This document shows, one piece after another, positions 16,519-20,000 of a stretch of DNA of 20,000 bases. Below the pieces are notes generated by a model. It searched no databases and was not told the origin of the DNA. It worked only from the letters and a program-made list of their open reading frames with translations. The stretch lies in the IMG/VR virus record IMGVR_UViG_2541047494_000006. One strand, given 5' to 3'. The translations under genes were made by a program, and so were the position numbers. Positions within the stretch are counted from its first letter, which is position 1. Each line of letters starts with the position of its first letter. The DNA is from an uncultured virus (IMG/VR IMGVR_UViG_2541047494_000006). Taxonomy: Duplodnaviria; Heunggongvirae; Uroviricota; Caudoviricetes.

Positions 16519-16887
16519 ATGATTGATATAGATATAAATAAAAGAATAAAAGAAATAAGGGAAGATATAAATTTATCACAACAAAAATTCGGAGAAAAGC
16601 TTGGTGTGAGTAGAGATGTTATAAGTAATATAGAAAATAATAGAGTAGAAGTTAAAACAGTATTTATTACTCATATGTGTGAGGTTTTTAGTGTTAATCA
16701 AGTGTGGTTAGAAACTGGTGAGGGGAGGAAGTTTATTGAACAAGAATGTGATATTGTTTTAGGAGAAGTTTTTGCTAATATAACTGTATCTAAAAATGAA
16801 AATTTAAATGAATTGATTATAAATATTTCTAAATTAAATGATACATATATAAATAATTTAAATGAGATTGTAAAAGGTCTAATTTAA
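16519..16887 (+). CDS. XRE-family regulator (1 of 3)
   Basis: RIKEIREDINLSQQKFGEKLGVSRDVISNIE...VNQVWLETGEG. AAGGAG RBS before ATG 16519. Confidence 0.9.
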   Translation: MIDIDINKRIKEIREDINLSQQKFGEKLGVSRDVISNIENNRVEVKTVFITHMCEVFSVNQVWLETGEGRKFIEQECDIVLGEVFANITVSKNENLNELIINISKLNDTYINNLNEIVKGLI

Positions 16888-16906
16888 ATAGTGGGAGGTA
16901 TTATAA

Positions 16907-17287
16907 TTGTCTGATGAAACTATAAGTAAGAGAATTAGAAAGATAAGAAAAAATGCTAATTTATCTCAGCCAGATTTCGGGGGAAAATTAGGTGTCAGCA
17001 AAGATGTTATAAGTAATATAGAGTATGATAGGGTTGAACCCAAACCTTTACTTATTAATCATTTATGTAGTGTATTTAATGTTAATAAGGAATGGCTTAT
17101 AAATGGTACAGGTGATATGTATGTTTCTGTAAAAGAAGATATTTCTTCGATTTTAGGAGAAGTGTTCTATAAGATAGCTAGTTCAAAGGATGAAAATTTA
17201 AAAGAACTAATAATTAACATTTCTAAATTAGATGCTACATATATAGCGTCTTTGAATGAGATTGTAAAAAGGTCAATACAGAGGTGA
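16907..17287 (+). CDS. XRE-family regulator (2 of 3)
   Basis: Close paralog of the previous gene along its full length. TTG start with GGAGG. Confidence 0.9.
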   Translation: MSDETISKRIRKIRKNANLSQPDFGGKLGVSKDVISNIEYDRVEPKPLLINHLCSVFNVNKEWLINGTGDMYVSVKEDISSILGEVFYKIASSKDENLKELIINISKLDATYIASLNEIVKRSIQR

Positions 17288-17292
17288 TATTA

Positions 17293-17640
17293 ATGTGTGA
17301 TATAGGCAAGAGAATTAAAATCTTAATAGAAAATGAAAAAATAAAACAAGTTGAGTTTGCAAACAAGATAAAAGTTGACCCATCTTATATATCTAAGTTT
17401 CTATCAGATAAATCTAAAGTAATACCTAGCGATAGATTAATAGATGATATTTGTAGTACATTCAATGTTAATAAAGAATGGCTTAAAAATGGAGATGGAG
17501 AAATGTACATAGAGAATAAGTGTAATAGGAATATTTCAGAAGCGACTGACTTATTAATGGAACTTTCAATTGAATTTCAAGAATGTGCAATTAATCAAAT
17601 TAAAGACTTAATAAAATTGCAACATTCATTAAAAAAGTAG
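17293..17640 (+). CDS. XRE-family regulator (3 of 3)
   Basis: IGKRIKILIENEKIKQVEFANKIKVDPSYISKF...FNVNKEWLKNGDGEMY. GAGGTG RBS. Confidence 0.88.
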   Translation: MCDIGKRIKILIENEKIKQVEFANKIKVDPSYISKFLSDKSKVIPSDRLIDDICSTFNVNKEWLKNGDGEMYIENKCNRNISEATDLLMELSIEFQECAINQIKDLIKLQHSLKK

Positions 17641-17649
17641 GAGAGATTA

Positions 17650-17712
17650 ATGTCTGAAAAAGATGAAATTATAAGATTAAATTTAATAGAATTAAGAAAG
17701 ATTTTAAAATAA
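17650..17712 (+). pseudogene. Possible truncated fourth XRE (20 codons)
   Basis: AGGAG RBS. MSEKDEIIRLNLIELRKILK* resembles XRE helix 1. Confidence 0.4.
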
Positions 17713-17717
17713 AAAGA

Positions 17718-18059
17718 GTGATTTATATGAAAAAGTATTTCAAAGAAGAATGGAACTATATTGCTGATGCAGGATATGAAATAGACAACATAGAAAGTAC
17801 TAAAATAATGGTAAATAATTTTGAAGTAAGCATAAAAATGAGTGAAGATTTTAAACATAAAGGTGACATAGAATATACTTTTAATATCCCATATGACCAT
17901 GAAATTTTTACAAAAGAGTACAACGAAGTTTTGAATTTAGAACAACCTTGCGATTGCGACCAATTTTGCGATGAACTATCAGACCTTAGAGCAAGGATTG
18001 AAGAAGGCATAGAGAAATATTTAAAAGACAATGACAAGTTAAAAGAAATAGAATATTAG
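17718..18059 (+). CDS. Acidic hypothetical protein
   Basis: 113 aa ORF, start uncertain (17718 or 17727), weak RBS. Confidence 0.7.
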   Translation: MIYMKKYFKEEWNYIADAGYEIDNIESTKIMVNNFEVSIKMSEDFKHKGDIEYTFNIPYDHEIFTKEYNEVLNLEQPCDCDQFCDELSDLRARIEEGIEKYLKDNDKLKEIEY

Positions 18060-18109
18060 ATGTAATTGAATTTATTTTAAAAAATTATAAAATTGAATAT
18101 AAAAATCAT

Positions 18110-18139
18110 AAAGCTGTATTGTTATAATACAGTTTTTTT
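18110..18139 (+). terminator. Rho-independent terminator
   Basis: AAAGCTGTATTG...TAATACAGTTTTTTT. Confidence 0.7.
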
Positions 18140-18194
18140 AATACAAAAATACAGATATATCTTGAATAATATTTTAAAATAGGAGGAAATTAAT

Positions 18195-18680
18195 ATGGGT
18201 AAAATGGATAAAAAAGAAGCTAAAAAATTTTTAAAGGTTGTAGATATGAATATAGATAAAATAAAGGAAGAAGCTACGAAAATTTATAAAGAATGCTACT
18301 TAATAGAAACAACTGATACTATAAGAATTTCTATAAATTTGAAAGGAGTTGTAAAAAGCACAATTTCAAGTTGGCAAGGCTATTCAGATGATATTTTTAA
18401 TATGAGAGAAATTATTGTCTATGAATTTAGTCAAGGAGAAGTTCAAATTGAAGATCTTTTAGGAGAACTTTGTTTTTTAAATGATTACGAAGAATTTGCT
18501 ACTTGGTGTGACACTGAAAGCGAAACTTTGAATTGGAATAGTTATGAAAAATTCAACAAAGAAAATTTTGACGAATTAGTCGAGAGAAATATAGAAGATA
18601 GTTTACCAGATTTTTTGGAAGAATTGAGCGAAAGTATAGAAAATTGTAAACAAGAATTAAAATCAATGATTGAAATTTAA
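18195..18680 (+). CDS. Acidic hypothetical protein (candidate anti-defence protein)
   Basis: 161 aa, strongly E/D-rich C-terminal half, AGGAGG RBS. Confidence 0.8.
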   Translation: MGKMDKKEAKKFLKVVDMNIDKIKEEATKIYKECYLIETTDTIRISINLKGVVKSTISSWQGYSDDIFNMREIIVYEFSQGEVQIEDLLGELCFLNDYEEFATWCDTESETLNWNSYEKFNKENFDELVERNIEDSLPDFLEELSESIENCKQELKSMIEI

Positions 18681-18713
18681 ATGAAAGAGTATTATTATTA
18701 ATGTATATAGTAT

Positions 18714-18944
18714 CTTTAAGATTAACTACGAGGGATTTAAAATATTTTTTAATTTATTTAGAAATGATATTATAATAAGAATTTTCAGATTAACTACAAG
18801 GGATTTAAATGTCAATTTAATTTATAGAGAAATGATATAATGGCAATTTTTTAGATTAACTATAAGGGATTTAAATATCAATTTAATCTATATCTATATG
18901 ATATAATATCACATTATTTTATATTAACTATGAGGAAATAAAAA
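18714..18944 (+). CRISPR. Degenerate type I-B CRISPR-like mini-array: 4 repeats, 3 mutually similar spacers, no leader, no cas operon in the window
   Basis: 29-nt repeats at 18714-18742, 18782-18810, 18848-18876 and 18916-18944 (core AGATTAACTAYRAGGGATTTAAAT). They resemble the C. difficile repeat GTTTTAKATTAACTA...GG.ATGTAAAT. Spacers are 39/37/39 nt. Confidence 0.8.
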
Positions 18945-18975
18945 CAGTGCATTCAGATAAATACACTGTTTTTTT
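18940..18975. terminator. Bidirectional terminator between the array and the convergent gene
   Basis: AAAAACAGTG...CACTGTTTTTTT. Confidence 0.75.
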
Positions 18976-18985
18976 AATGCTAAAA

Positions 18986-19285
18986 TTAGTCATTATGATA
19001 ACTTAATCCTTCGATTATAAATCCTATATTCGTCGTCATTTCTGCTTCATCACTTTGTAATATTCCTTCTGTAAATTCGCTATCGCTTGATAATGTTATT
19101 TTTTTCCTTGCCACCATTTCCAAAATTGTTTGAAATAGTTTAATTTTCATATTCTTATCAAGTCCAGCATATTGCAAATAGTTTGCTACTTCTTGCGAAA
19201 ATTTAGTTAACTCTGATTTAGTCATTTTTTTAGATAATTCTTTTCCAATGCTTAGATAAACTTTTTTAGATTGTTCAACATCCAT
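18986..19285 (-). CDS. 99-aa helical protein resembling the Cas8b C-terminal/Cas11 domain (AcrIB4-like candidate)
   Basis: ATG 19285 behind AAGGGG. The pattern IGKELSKK...LFQTIL...FTEGILQSDE...TNIGFIIEGL recalls Cas8b C-termini (by eye, unverified). Promoter TTGAAG(19340-19345)-17-TATAAT(19317-19322). Confidence 0.55.
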   Translation of the reverse strand: MDVEQSKKVYLSIGKELSKKMTKSELTKFSQEVANYLQYAGLDKNMKIKLFQTILEMVARKKITLSSDSEFTEGILQSDEAEMTTNIGFIIEGLSYHND

Positions 19286-19548
19286 TTTTTTCAACCCCTT
19301 TTTAGATTATAATTAAATTATATTTTAAAAATGCTAATACTTCAAATATAAATATTTTTGTTTAAGTATAAAACTGATTTCAATAATTCGGATTTTATAT
19401 TTAATAGATTGTGTTACTTAAAGTTAATAAATAAATTAGAAAGATGTATGGTACTAAAATCTAGTAATAAGTTAAAGTATAACAGCACTTTAGGGTTAAT
19501 TTTGTAGTAAGTATATAAAGTCAATATACTAAATTACAATAAAATTGC

Positions 19549-20000
19549 CAAAAAGCCCTCTCCTTTAGGTGTAGGGATGAAAGGTAAGGTCTTAATATAA
19601 AAAAAGTTAGAATAATGCTTGTAATCTAATACCACTACTGATACCCTATATTTAGGAGGTGTTAGTTTTTATGTATAAATCTAACGAAAATATAGTTTAT
19701 GATTGCAAATATCATATTGTATTTTGCCCTAAGTATCGTAAACCTGTTTTAGTTGGCGAAGTTGAAAAGATGTTAAAAGAAATACTACCATATAAAGCAG
19801 ATGAACTTGGAGCAGAAATAATAGAAATGGAAACTGATAAAGAACATGTGCACTTATTAATATCTTGTGACCCTCAATATGGAATTCATAAAGTAGTAAA
19901 AGGTTTAAAAGGCTTTAGTTCGAGAGTATTAAGAGAGAACTTTCCACATTTAAAGTCTAGTATGCCTAGCATGTGGACTAATAGTTATTTCGTAGGAACT
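19549..20000 (+). mobile_element. IS200/IS605-family element, left part
   Basis: Subterminal hairpin-like end AAGCCCTCTCCTTTAGGTGTAGGG followed by tnpA. The left boundary is approximate. Confidence 0.8.
19671..20000 (+). CDS. tnpA: IS200/IS605 HUH (Y1) transposase, partial
   Basis: Own translation: MYKSNENIVYDCKYHIVFCPKYRKPVL...DKEHVHLLI...LKGFSSRVLR...MWTNSYFVGT. HUH motif HVH, AGGAGG RBS. Confidence 0.95.
   Translation, partial: MYKSNENIVYDCKYHIVFCPKYRKPVLVGEVEKMLKEILPYKADELGAEIIEMETDKEHVHLLISCDPQYGIHKVVKGLKGFSSRVLRENFPHLKSSMPSMWTNSYFVGT

Noticed and set aside
1040..17900. Antisense or overlapping ORFs in the track (1040, 4151, 4573, 5322, 7504, 7826, 9292, 9927, 12365, 15875, 16154, 17595, 17756)
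   Set aside because: Shadow frames of well-supported genes: F/I/S/L-rich and without RBS.
18714..18944. Interpretation as an ordinary active immune CRISPR array
   Set aside because: Repeats are degenerate, there is no C. difficile-type leader, and the spacers are related to one another.

Overview
Very AT-rich DNA that looks like part of a large clostridial phage-plasmid. It is most likely a Clostridioides difficile phiCD211/phiCDIF1296T-like element; this is inferred from the C. difficile-type I-B repeat, tRNA-Ser and the ParM-type module, and was not database-checked. The left part (minus strand) carries ParM-like actin, an RHH adaptor, a probable Rep with iteron-like repeats, a sigma/HTH-Zn-ribbon protein, HU, about 600 nt of structured non-coding sequence and tRNA-Ser(GCT). 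The middle holds several near-consensus sigmaA promoters, each with its own operator, plus XRE and AbrB regulators and two small membrane peptides. The right part (plus strand) is an early/anti-defence region with ArdA, many short hypotheticals, a DUF2325-like protein and tandem XREs. It ends with a leaderless, degenerate 4-repeat I-B CRISPR-like array, a convergent gene and an IS200/IS605 tnpA. The best candidate for a new system is at 18714-19345. There the three spacers resemble each other and each contains a -10 box, and the convergent gene encodes a 99-aa protein resembling the Cas8b C-terminal (Cas11/AcrIB4-like) domain. This could be a combined RNA+protein module that jams or hijacks the host type I-B Cascade.
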